Origin: Vulcanimicrobiota bacterium
Lineage (GTDB): Bacteria; Vulcanimicrobiota; Vulcanimicrobiia; Vulcanimicrobiales; Vulcanimicrobiaceae
Length of the DNA: 64,000 nt
Direction of reading: 5' to 3'
Assembly: GCA_963701255.1 (NCBI GenBank)
Contig: OY969579.1
Location: 2,669,702-2,733,701, forward strand
Part shown: piece after piece, positions 54,091 to 63,007 of the stretch
Position numbering within the stretch: the first letter of the stretch is position 1
Layout: every line of letters starts with the position of its first letter
Notes under the pieces: model-generated
Databases searched by the model: none
What the model saw: only the letters and a program-made list of their open reading frames with translations
What the model was told of the DNA's origin: nothing
Position numbers and translations under genes: made by a program

Positions 54091-54886
54091 CGAAACCGCC
54101 CGGCAAGCGGTAGTTCATCCCGATCCGGGAGGCGGCGCGCAGCGTGATCGGCTCGAAGAAGTCGCCGAGCGCTTTGTCCGAGTACGGCGTGAAGAGGCCC
54201 TTGAAGCGCAGGTTCATCGACCAGCGAGCCGTCGACTCGGCGTTGACCCGGTTGCCGTGCATCAACGTGTGCGTGAAGAGCAGCACATTTCCATAGGGGA
54301 TCTCGAGCCAATGCAATTCGCGTTCGACGGCGCGGAAGAACCCCTCCGTGCCGGCTGCGGCGAACTCGTGCAGGCGGTCGCGCCAGCGTGCGTCGGCTTC
54401 AGGCGGCAAGAGGAACATGCTCTTGGAGCGATAGCAGTCGACCAACGGGATCCACAAAACGACCTCGAACGGCGAATCCTCCGACCAGACGTCGGAGTGC
54501 AGCGGCAAGAGCGAGCCCTCGTCGCCGGGCAACTGGATCGAGAGACCGACCCCGCGTTGCATCGCGAGTTCGTTCCCCACCAGCGATTCGAGCAGCGGCC
54601 GCCCGCACGCGAAGTAGGCTTCACGAAACCACGGCTGCGCCAGCAACTGCTCGATCAGATGCAGCCGCAACCCGTTGAGCCGGGCGGGTTCGACGTGATC
54701 CCCGATGGTATCGAGAAAGCGCTGCGGATCGTCACCGGCCGGCAGTTCGAGCCAGGCCGCGGTCTGCGCGACGAGCGTGTCGCGGATGCGGTCGAGCGCC
54801 GTGCGATCGATCGCCGGCGCGATGATATAGCCGTCGCGCAGGAAGGCCCGTTCGAGGTCACGTTCGGCGGCGGTCGAAAAGCTCAC
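54083..54886 (-). CDS. 2OG-Fe(II) oxygenase (PhyH-like), carbohydrate-cluster type
   Basis: 267 aa. There is an HxD at LPLHSDVW and a distal His at HTLMHGN, then R..MNLRF. 8-nt overlap with the downstream small gene. Confidence 0.65.
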   Translation of the reverse strand: MSFSTAAERDLERAFLRDGYIIAPAIDRTALDRIRDTLVAQTAAWLELPAGDDPQRFLDTIGDHVEPARLNGLRLHLIEQLLAQPWFREAYFACGRPLLESLVGNELAMQRGVGLSIQLPGDEGSLLPLHSDVWSEDSPFEVVLWIPLVDCYRSKSMFLLPPEADARWRDRLHEFAAAGTEGFFRAVERELHWLEIPYGNVLLFTHTLMHGNRVNAESTARWSMNLRFKGLFTPYSDKALGDFFEPITLRAASRIGMNYRLPGGFDV

Positions 54887-54925
54887 CGCAAATCACTACG
54901 AAAGGTACCGCTAATTCCCTACAGG

Positions 54926-55528
54926 CTGCGGATCGGGATCGACTTCGACAACACGATCGTCGACTACGACGCGCTGTTCGTCCGAACCGCGCGCGAGCGC
55001 GGGCTGATCGGGCCCGGCGTCGCGGGTGGAAAGCAAGGGGTGCGCGATGCGATTCGCTCCGGAAGCGGCGGCGAGGCAGCCTGGATGCTGTTGCAGGCCG
55101 ACGTTTATGGCGCACTCATCGAAGGCGCGCCGGCTTTTGCCGGCGTCCATGACTTCGTGCGGACCGCTCGTGCGCAGGGCGCCGAACTGTTCGTCGTGAG
55201 CCACAAGACGCCGTACGCGGCGGCTCGGCCGGCGGGCGTGCAGTTGCACGATGCCGCGCGCGCCTGGCTCGCAGCGAGCGGCCTGGTAGGCCCCGATGCG
55301 CTCGCAGCCGGCGACATCTATTTCGAGCCGACGCGCGAACGGAAGATCGCGCGCTTGCGGTCGCTGGGCGTGGGCCTGGCGATCGACGATCTGCGCGACG
55401 TCTTCGAGCACCCGGATTTCCCGCCCGAGGTCGAGCGCTGGCTGTTCGATCCGCACGGCGGCGCGACGGCAGGTCCGTGGCGCGTCTTCCCGAGTTGGGA
55501 TGCGATGCGCGCGGCCTTGCACCGATGA
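54926..55528 (+). CDS. HAD-superfamily phosphatase (GmhB-like role possible)
   Basis: HAD motif I IGIDFDNTIVDY and a later SHKT and IDDL. No ATG, GTG or TTG is available upstream, so the start is proposed at CTG 54926 (ATT 54914 is an alternative). The N-terminal part of the track ORF is antisense shadow. Confidence 0.65.
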   Translation: MRIGIDFDNTIVDYDALFVRTARERGLIGPGVAGGKQGVRDAIRSGSGGEAAWMLLQADVYGALIEGAPAFAGVHDFVRTARAQGAELFVVSHKTPYAAARPAGVQLHDAARAWLAASGLVGPDALAAGDIYFEPTRERKIARLRSLGVGLAIDDLRDVFEHPDFPPEVERWLFDPHGGATAGPWRVFPSWDAMRAALHR

Positions 55529-56508
55529 GCGACCATGCGGCGATCGCCCGGCTTGCCGAACGGCTGGCCGGCGTGCCGGTGAGCGGCGTCCGTAACGCGC
55601 GCGGCGGCGGGAACAACGAAGTCTTCCGGATCGATACCGCGCGCGGTCCGTTCGCGCTCAAACGCTATCCGCAGCCCGATCCGCGCGACCGGTTGGGTCA
55701 CGAATACGAAAGTTTGACGTTCCTGCACGAGCGCGGTGAAACGGCCGTCGCGGCGCCGCTGGCGGTCGACCGGGCGGCCGCGGTCGCACTCTACGAGTGG
55801 ATCGACGGTGAGCCCGTGCGCCCGGACGTTGCCGCGGTCGATGCGATGCTGGGGCTGGCCGCGCGCCTGCATGCCGCCGGACGCGATCCTGCTGCGGCCC
55901 GGCTGCCGCCCGCGACGGAGGCCGTCCGGCAGGCGGCGGATCTGAGCGCGCAGATCGTGCTGCGGCTCGAGCGTCTCGAGGTGGTCGCCGTCCACGAGCC
56001 CGAACTTGCGATCTTCCTCGGCGAGCGTTTCGGGCCGCTGTGGGAGCGGCTGCGGCCCGCGCCGGGAGCCGTGACGCAGCCGGGTATCCCGACGCTCTCG
56101 GCGTCGGACTTCGGGACCCACAACATGCTGCGGCGACCGGACGGTCGCTTCGCCTTCATCGACTTCGAGTATTTCGGCTGGGACGATCCCGTCAAGCTCG
56201 TGTGCGACGTGATTTGGCATCCCGCGATGGCTCTCGAACGCTTGCTTGCGCGTCAATTCTTGGACGGCGCGGCCGATATATACCACGATGACCCTTTGTA
56301 TCCGGACCGCTTGCGAGAGTGGTTTCCGCTCTTCGGACTACGCTGGGCGTTGATCGTGCTGAACGAATTCGTGCCCGAACTCTGGGAGCGGCGCCGCCGG
56401 GCCGGAGCAGCTCTTCCGTGGTCGCAAGTCAAGACGCAGCAACTCGCCAAAGCGCAAGCCTTGGTGACCCGTGCCGCGCTGGGAATGGAACCTGTGTGGA
56501 CGTCGTAA
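55525..56508 (+). CDS. aminoglycoside/choline-kinase-family phosphotransferase (APH-like)
   Basis: Met17 of the track ORF, ATGA overlap. Has an early FALKRY Lys region and the catalytic block SDFGTHNMLRRPDGRFAFIDFEYFGWDDP. Confidence 0.75.
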   Translation: MSDHAAIARLAERLAGVPVSGVRNARGGGNNEVFRIDTARGPFALKRYPQPDPRDRLGHEYESLTFLHERGETAVAAPLAVDRAAAVALYEWIDGEPVRPDVAAVDAMLGLAARLHAAGRDPAAARLPPATEAVRQAADLSAQIVLRLERLEVVAVHEPELAIFLGERFGPLWERLRPAPGAVTQPGIPTLSASDFGTHNMLRRPDGRFAFIDFEYFGWDDPVKLVCDVIWHPAMALERLLARQFLDGAADIYHDDPLYPDRLREWFPLFGLRWALIVLNEFVPELWERRRRAGAALPWSQVKTQQLAKAQALVTRAALGMEPVWTS

Positions 56509-57326
56509 CCCGAGCGCTCGACGAGCGCTCGATCGCCCTGCGTGAATCGATCGTGGATGCGCTCGTCGGCGGCCGCCGCGGCCATGTCGGCGCGTCGTTT
56601 TCGCTGGTCGAGATCTTGCGCGTGCTCTACGACAACGTCATGCGTTACCGGCCGCACGAACCGCACTGGGACGACCGCGACCGTTTCATCTTGAGCAAAG
56701 GTCACGGTTGTCTGGCGCTTTACGCGCTGCTGGCCGACAAGGGCTTCTTTCCGGCCGCGGAACTTGCGCTGCAATGCACCCCCGGCGCGCTGCTGGGCGG
56801 TCATCCCGAGACACGCATCCCCGGCGTCGAAGCTTCGACCGGGGCGCTCGGCCACGGGCTCTCGATCGGCGTCGGCATCGCGCTCGCGACGCGCATGGCC
56901 AAACGCTCGAGCCGCGTGTTCGTCGTGACGGGCGACGGGGAACTCGACGAAGGCTCGGTTTGGGAAGCGGCCCTGAGCGCGGCAAAGCACAAGCTCGACG
57001 GGTTGACCCTGATCGTCGACTACAACAAACTCCAATCGTACGGGCGGGTGAGCGACGTGCTGCCGCTCGAACCGCTCGGCGAAAAGTTCGCCGCGTTCGG
57101 ATTCTCCGTCGTCGAAGTCGATGGGCACGACGTCGCGGCGTTGCGAGCCGTGCTGGGTGACCTGCCGCGCGAGAGCGGCAAACCTACGGCCGTGATCGCG
57201 CATACCGTCAAGGGCAAGGGCGTGCCGGTCGCGGAGCACAACCCGCTCTGGCACCACAAGGCGAGCTTCGATGCCGCGAGCGGTGCCGAGCTGCGTGCCG
57301 CGTTGCGCGAGATTTCACATGCGTAA
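56496..57326 (+). CDS. transketolase, N-terminal (TPP-binding) subunit
   Basis: GTG 56496. GGHVGASFS, ILSKGHG, TGALGHGLSIGVG and VVTGDGELDEGSVWEA are transketolase PP-domain motifs. 276 aa, the split form. Confidence 0.88.
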   Translation: MDVVTRALDERSIALRESIVDALVGGRRGHVGASFSLVEILRVLYDNVMRYRPHEPHWDDRDRFILSKGHGCLALYALLADKGFFPAAELALQCTPGALLGGHPETRIPGVEASTGALGHGLSIGVGIALATRMAKRSSRVFVVTGDGELDEGSVWEAALSAAKHKLDGLTLIVDYNKLQSYGRVSDVLPLEPLGEKFAAFGFSVVEVDGHDVAALRAVLGDLPRESGKPTAVIAHTVKGKGVPVAEHNPLWHHKASFDAASGAELRAALREISHA

Positions 57327-58257
57327 GGCGGCGATCAACGCGGTCTACGCGCTTGCCAAGCGCGATCCGCGCGTCGTGTTCATCGGCTCGGATCTGGGCG
57401 CCGGTGTGCTCGACGAGATGCGCACGTCCATGCCGGAACGATTCTTCATGGAAGGCGTCTCCGAGGCGCACGTGATCGGCATGGCCGCGGGTCTGGGGAT
57501 GAACGGCTACGTGCCTTACATCAACACGATCGCGACCTTCCTGACGCGCCGCTGCTACGAACAGATCGCGATCGATCTGTGCTTGCACGACATTCCGGCG
57601 CGCTTGATCGCGAGCGGAGCCGGCACGGTCTATGCGCCGCTGGGCCCGACGCACATGGCGGTCGAGGACATCGCGATTCTGCGCGCATTGCCGAACATGG
57701 CGATCGTGGCGCCGGTCGACGCCGCTGAGATGACGCGCCTGATGGATGCCTCGCTCGACTGGCCCGGCCCGCTGTATATCCGTGTCGCCAAAGGCGGCGA
57801 CCCGGTCGTCTCGCGCCCCGATCTGCCGTTTGCGATCGGCAAGGCGATCCGGCTGCGCGAACCCGGCGAGGTCCTCTTCGTCTCGACCGGGATCGCAACG
57901 ACCCGGGCCTTGGCGGCCGCCGAACGGCTCGCGCAAGCCGGCGTAACCGGCGGCGTGTTGCACATGCATACCATCAAGCCGCTCGACGTAGCGGAGTTGC
58001 TGGCCGCCGCCGGCGATGCCGAACTCGTCGTGACGGTCGAAGAACATACCCGCATCGGCGGGCTCGGCAGCGCGGTTGCCGAGACGTTCGCCGACGAAGG
58101 GATCGCGCAGCCGCTGTTGCGCCTGGGTTTGCCGGACGCGTTCTCGCACGACTACGGCAATCAAGACCACGTCCTGAACCTGGCCGGACTCTCACCGGCA
58201 GCGATCGCGGCCGGCGTGCTGGCTCGCCTCGCGCGGCGTCCCGTGGGGGTTCGCTGA
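57319..58257 (+). CDS. transketolase, C-terminal (pyrimidine-binding) subunit
   Basis: Met17 of the track ORF, 8-nt overlap. Has RFFMEGVSEAHVIGMAAGL, GPTHMAVEDIAILRALPNM and EEHT.IGGLGSAV. Confidence 0.88.
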   Translation: MRKAAINAVYALAKRDPRVVFIGSDLGAGVLDEMRTSMPERFFMEGVSEAHVIGMAAGLGMNGYVPYINTIATFLTRRCYEQIAIDLCLHDIPARLIASGAGTVYAPLGPTHMAVEDIAILRALPNMAIVAPVDAAEMTRLMDASLDWPGPLYIRVAKGGDPVVSRPDLPFAIGKAIRLREPGEVLFVSTGIATTRALAAAERLAQAGVTGGVLHMHTIKPLDVAELLAAAGDAELVVTVEEHTRIGGLGSAVAETFADEGIAQPLLRLGLPDAFSHDYGNQDHVLNLAGLSPAAIAAGVLARLARRPVGVR

Positions 58258-58258
58258 G

Positions 58259-58921
58259 ATGCGCGTCGATCTGATCGGCTCGATGCACGCCGCTACCAAG
58301 CGCGACTACGTCGCGCGCGTTGTCGATTTCGACAAGGCCGCGTGTGCCGAAGTCGCCGGGCGTTTCGCGGCCGACTACTGGGACGGCGAACGGCAATACG
58401 GCTACGGCGGCTATCGCTACGACGGGCGTTGGGCGCCCTTCGCCAAGCAACTCGTCGCGCGCTACGGGCTGCGCGCGGGGCACCGCGTGCTCAACGTCGG
58501 CTGCGGAAAAGGCTTCTTGCTCCATGAACTGCTGGCCGCCGTGCCGGGCCTCGAGGTCGCCGGAATCGACGTCTCGAGCTACGCGCTCGAGCACGCCACG
58601 GACGAGGTCCGGCCATACCTCACGCTCGGCGACGCCGCGCGGCTCCCGTATGCGGACGGAGCCTTCGACCTCGTGATCTCGCTCGCGACGCTTCACAATT
58701 TGCCCTTGCCGGAGCTGTGGGCGGCGATCGCCGAGATCGAGCGCGTCGGCAGCGGTTCGGCGAAATACCTGATGGTCGAATCCTACCGCGACGAACGCGA
58801 GAAGGCGAACCTGCTGTATTGGCAGTTGACCTGCAAGAGTTTCTACTCCGTCTCGGACTGGGAGTGGTTGTATCACCGCATCGGCTATCGCGGCGACTAC
58901 GACTTCATTTTTTTCACATGA
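58259..58921 (+). CDS. class I SAM-dependent methyltransferase
   Basis: Motif I VLNVGCGKGFLL, then a post-I acidic residue and FDLVISLATLHN. Confidence 0.8.
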   Translation: MRVDLIGSMHAATKRDYVARVVDFDKAACAEVAGRFAADYWDGERQYGYGGYRYDGRWAPFAKQLVARYGLRAGHRVLNVGCGKGFLLHELLAAVPGLEVAGIDVSSYALEHATDEVRPYLTLGDAARLPYADGAFDLVISLATLHNLPLPELWAAIAEIERVGSGSAKYLMVESYRDEREKANLLYWQLTCKSFYSVSDWEWLYHRIGYRGDYDFIFFT

Positions 58922-60456
58922 TGCAAACAGGGGCACCGGAACTCGTCAAGATACTCGAGCTCGCCGATCTCGGGGTTCGCATCGCGGCCGAACGCGCGGC
59001 GGGCAAGCGCATCGTGCACGCGCACGGCGTGTTCGACCTGCTCCATCCGGGGCATATCCGCCATCTGGCCGAGGCGAAGAGTCTGGGCGACCTCCTGGTC
59101 GTTACCTTGACCGAGGACAAGCACGTCAACAAGGGGCCGAACCGGCCGGCGTTCCCGGAGGCGCTGCGGGCCGAATCGATTGCGGCGCTGGCCTCGGTCG
59201 ACTTCGTCGCGATCAACCGCAGTGCGTCCGCGATCCCCGCGATCGATCTGCTCCAGCCGCACGTGTACGTCAAGGGATCCGAGTACAAACACGCGGCCGA
59301 CGATCTGACCGGCAAGATAACGGATGAAGAAGCGGCCGTTCGCGCGCACGGCGGTTCCATCGCCTTCACCGAAGACGTCGTATTCAGCTCGTCGGCATTG
59401 CTGAATCAGTATCTGCCGTCCTATCCGCCGGACGTGCAGCAATATCTGCGCGATATCCGGGAACGCTACACGGCCCGCGACGTGATCGATTATCTCGACC
59501 TGCTCGGCGAGATGCGCGTCATGGTCGTGGGTGAGACGATTCTCGACGAATACGTCTACTGCGACCAGATGGGGAAATCGGCCAAGGACCCCGTCCTCGC
59601 GATGCGCCACAAGTCCACCGAGATGTACGCGGGCGGCGTGCTCGCCGCGGCCAACCACCTGGCGGACTTCTGCAAGTCGGTCGAGGTCGTGACCTATCTC
59701 GGCGCCGTCGACGGCCAGGAGAAATTCGTCCGCGAACACCTCAAACCCAAAGTTCGCTTGAGTCCGATCTACAAGGCCGACAGCCCGACGATCGTCAAGC
59801 GCCGGTACGTCGAGGCGACGTTGCTCACCAAGATGTTCGAGGTCTACGTCATCAACGACGACGAACTCGACGCCGAGCACGAGGCGGACCTGTGCGCCTT
59901 GCTCGACATTCGCCTGCCCGGAACCGATGCGGTCATCGTCGCCGACTTCGGCCACGGGCTCCTGACGCCGGCCACGAAAGTGCTGCTCGCCGAGCGGGCC
60001 AAGTTTCTCGCAGTCAACACGCAGATCAACGCGGCCAATATCCGTTTCCATGCGATCTCGAGTTATCCGCGCGCCGACTACGTCTGCATCAACGAAGGCG
60101 AGTTGCGCCTGGACGCACGCAGCCGCTACGGCAAGATCGGCGATCTGGTCGCCGGTCTCTCGAAGAAGGTCGATTGCAGCCGCTTCCTCGTGACGCGCGG
60201 CAAGTCCGGGGTCAGCTACTTCGACGGTGACGCGCAGGCCGAGTCGCCGTCGCTCACCACCAACATCGTCGATCGCATCGGCTCCGGCGACGCCGTGCTC
60301 GCCATCACTTCGGCGTGCGTCGCGGCCGGAATGCCCGCCGACCTCGTCGCCTTCGTCGCCAACGTCATCGGCGCGCAGAAAGTCCAGATCATGGGGAACA
60401 AGGACTCCGTCGGCCGCGTGGCCACGCTCAAATTCATCGAGGCACTCCTGAAATGA
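58918..60456 (+). CDS. bifunctional nucleotidyltransferase (cytidylyltransferase fold) plus PfkB-family sugar kinase; HldE-like with swapped domain order
   Basis: Met68 of the track ORF, ATGA overlap. N-terminal HGVFDLLHPGHIRHL (HxGH) and a C-terminal PfkB anion hole VDRIGSGDA. Confidence 0.8.
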   Translation: MMQTGAPELVKILELADLGVRIAAERAAGKRIVHAHGVFDLLHPGHIRHLAEAKSLGDLLVVTLTEDKHVNKGPNRPAFPEALRAESIAALASVDFVAINRSASAIPAIDLLQPHVYVKGSEYKHAADDLTGKITDEEAAVRAHGGSIAFTEDVVFSSSALLNQYLPSYPPDVQQYLRDIRERYTARDVIDYLDLLGEMRVMVVGETILDEYVYCDQMGKSAKDPVLAMRHKSTEMYAGGVLAAANHLADFCKSVEVVTYLGAVDGQEKFVREHLKPKVRLSPIYKADSPTIVKRRYVEATLLTKMFEVYVINDDELDAEHEADLCALLDIRLPGTDAVIVADFGHGLLTPATKVLLAERAKFLAVNTQINAANIRFHAISSYPRADYVCINEGELRLDARSRYGKIGDLVAGLSKKVDCSRFLVTRGKSGVSYFDGDAQAESPSLTTNIVDRIGSGDAVLAITSACVAAGMPADLVAFVANVIGAQKVQIMGNKDSVGRVATLKFIEALLK

Positions 60457-61136
60457 CCACCGCCCGCACGATCGGACCGGAATTCCAAGATCATCTCGAC
60501 GGCCTGGCCGGCGCGGGACCCGTCGAACTCGGGCCCTCCGCGAGCCATCTCTGGCGCACCGATCCGCGGCGCATGCCGATCGTCCTCGCACGCTACAAGT
60601 TCGTGGCGAAGATGCTGGCCGGGAAGCAACGCGCGCTCGAAGTCGGCTGCGGCGACGGTTTTCAGATGCGCGTCGTGCTGCAAGCGGTCGAATCGGTTCA
60701 CGGCGTCGACTACGATCCGAGCTTCATCGATTGGGCCGTGAGCCACGCGGCCAAGGAGAAGCTCAACGCGACGTTCTCGGTGTGCGATGTGATCGCCACG
60801 CCGCCGCCGGGGCGCTACGACGCGGCCTACTCGCTGGACGTCATCGAACACATCCCGCTCGAACACGAAGCGGCGTTCCTGGGGAACATCGCGAGCGTCT
60901 TGCCGGCCGACGGCGTCTGCATCGTCGGCACGCCGAACATCACGGCCGGTGCCTACGCCTCCAAGTGGAGCAAGGCCGGCCACATCAACCTCAAGTCGGC
61001 GGACACGCTGCGCGCGGCGATGGCCCAGCATTTCAGCAACGTCTTTTTGTTCTCGATGAACGACGAGGTCGTGCACACCGGGTTCGCGCCGATGTCCCAC
61101 TACCTGCTCGCCATGGGAGTCGGCGTCCGCCGCTGA
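60453..61136 (+). CDS. class I SAM-dependent methyltransferase
   Basis: Met47 of the track ORF, ATGA overlap. Has ALEVGCGDGF motif I and YDAAYSLDVIEHI. Confidence 0.8.
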   Translation: MTTARTIGPEFQDHLDGLAGAGPVELGPSASHLWRTDPRRMPIVLARYKFVAKMLAGKQRALEVGCGDGFQMRVVLQAVESVHGVDYDPSFIDWAVSHAAKEKLNATFSVCDVIATPPPGRYDAAYSLDVIEHIPLEHEAAFLGNIASVLPADGVCIVGTPNITAGAYASKWSKAGHINLKSADTLRAAMAQHFSNVFLFSMNDEVVHTGFAPMSHYLLAMGVGVRR

Positions 61137-61140
61137 GATC

Positions 61141-61917
61141 GTGGACCTGGGACTACGCGGCAAGACCGCGCTCGTGACGGCCGGGAGCCGCGGCATCGGC
61201 CGCGCCTGTGCGCTTGCGCTGGCGGCCGAAGGCGTGCGGGTCGCGGTGTGCGCGCGCACGGCCGCGGATGTCGCAAACGTCCTGGAGGAACTGGGCGGTG
61301 AGGCCGCGGGTCATCGCGGTTTCGTCTGCGATCTGCTCGAGAGCGATGCACCCGTGCGGCTCGCACGTCAGGTGGTAGAGCAATTCCAAGCTCTCGATAT
61401 CGTGGTGCACAACTTGGGCGGAACCCTCTCCGTGCGCGGGATCGACGTCCCCATCGCCGATTGGCGGCGCGTCTTCCGTGCGAATTTCGAGGTTGCCGTT
61501 GAGATCAACGGCGTCGTGCTCCCCGCGATGCTCGAACGCAAGAGCGGGCGCATCATCGCAATCTCGTCGCTCGCCGGCGACGAACACCAAGGTGCGCTCC
61601 CCTACGCGGCGGCCAAGGCCGCGCTCAACGCCTACATCCGCGGGCTCGGGCGCGAGTTGGCCAAGAGCGGCGTCGTCGTTTCCGCCGTATCGCCCGGTAC
61701 CGTGCTCACCGAAAACGGCGTCTGGGATATTCGCCGGCGCACCGACCCCGAATCGGTCGAGAAGTACATCGCGGAGAAGCTCCCGGCCGGTGCGTTCCAG
61801 CGCCCCGAGCGCATCGCGGACATCGTCGCCTTTCTCGCTTCGGAGCGAGCAACCGAATTCACCGGATCCGTCCTGGCCGCCGACGGCGGCCAGGGCCGGA
61901 GCTTCGTCGCCCCATGA
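61141..61917 (+). CDS. classical SDR oxidoreductase
   Basis: GTG start. Has TAGSRGIG (TGxxxGIG), NNLG-like HNLGG, and S...YAAAK catalytic residues. Confidence 0.85.
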   Translation: MDLGLRGKTALVTAGSRGIGRACALALAAEGVRVAVCARTAADVANVLEELGGEAAGHRGFVCDLLESDAPVRLARQVVEQFQALDIVVHNLGGTLSVRGIDVPIADWRRVFRANFEVAVEINGVVLPAMLERKSGRIIAISSLAGDEHQGALPYAAAKAALNAYIRGLGRELAKSGVVVSAVSPGTVLTENGVWDIRRRTDPESVEKYIAEKLPAGAFQRPERIADIVAFLASERATEFTGSVLAADGGQGRSFVAP

Positions 61918-61963
61918 AGCCCGATCGACGTTTCACAACCGGGCAGCCCCAGAAAGCTCAGCC

Positions 61964-63007
61964 ATGACTCCCGAAGAGTTCAAAGCACAAGTCCTCCAGT
62001 TGTTCTTCCAAGACATCCACAAGCTCGAGCAGAACAACTATTCTCCGGAACGTTTCAGCTATGACGGGGTCGACCGGTCCGCGCTCTTCGACGTTACGAA
62101 GCACGCCGCGTACCTCGACTGGTTCATCCAGCAGTACCGCAACGTGTTCGACGGGTGCGTGCGACTTGCCGACCAGGAGTCACGCAACCTGTACGTCGAT
62201 GTCCTCCGTTACAAGCTCGTCGGGCATCTCCACAAGCGGATCAATACCCCGGTCGCCGCAATGGGCGAAGAGACGGCCAGGTTGCTCGAAGCTTTTCCCG
62301 GGACGGAGTCTTCGATCGAGACCAGCGGAATGTTCGGCAAACTCCGTCACTATGACGGCTATTGGAAGGACGTCCACTATACGGTCGACACGTTGAAGAA
62401 TGCGCTGACGAGCACGCTGGTCTACCGGCAATATTACTTCGAGCGCAACGGGGTGAGCATCCAGCCCGAAGCCGGCGACTTCCTCATCGAGGGCGGAGCG
62501 TGCACCGGGGATACGGCTGCCGTGTTCTCACGTTCGGTCGGACCGGGCGGTCGAGTCTACGCATTCGATCCGGTTCAGGACCACATCGACGTGTGCCGAG
62601 CGAATTTCTCCCGGCCCGGCTACGAGAACGTCGACATCCTCCCCTACGGGTTGGGGGACCGGACGATCGAATGCGCACCGATCCGGCTCGACACGTACTC
62701 ACCGGGCTTTCGCTCGGCCGCCCATGCGGTACCCTTGGCGAAAATCGATGACTTCGTCGCGAACGGCCGTATCGAGCGAATCGACTTCATCAAACTCGAT
62801 ATCGAAGGCTCGGAGATGGCCGCCCTGCGCGGTGCCGAGCAATCGATTCGGAGGTTTCGTCCGAAGCTCGCCATCTCGGTCTATCACAATCCGAACGACT
62901 ATTTCGAGATCGCTCAGTACATCGACTCGCTCGGACTGGGATACAAGCTCTACCTCGACCACTACACGATCTGGGATGAAGAGACCGTGCTCTACGCGCG
63001 CGCATGA
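61964..63007 (+). CDS. FkbM-family methyltransferase
   Basis: Met163 of track ORF 61478. GDFLIEGGACTGDT, IDFIKLDIEGSEMAAL and KLAISVYH are FkbM signatures. Confidence 0.8.
   Translation: MTPEEFKAQVLQLFFQDIHKLEQNNYSPERFSYDGVDRSALFDVTKHAAYLDWFIQQYRNVFDGCVRLADQESRNLYVDVLRYKLVGHLHKRINTPVAAMGEETARLLEAFPGTESSIETSGMFGKLRHYDGYWKDVHYTVDTLKNALTSTLVYRQYYFERNGVSIQPEAGDFLIEGGACTGDTAAVFSRSVGPGGRVYAFDPVQDHIDVCRANFSRPGYENVDILPYGLGDRTIECAPIRLDTYSPGFRSAAHAVPLAKIDDFVANGRIERIDFIKLDIEGSEMAALRGAEQSIRRFRPKLAISVYHNPNDYFEIAQYIDSLGLGYKLYLDHYTIWDEETVLYARA

Noticed and set aside
58897-60591. 564-aa minus-strand ORF
   Set aside because: It is antisense to the nucleotidyltransferase-kinase fusion, which carries clear HxGH and PfkB motifs. 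Its composition is shadow-like.
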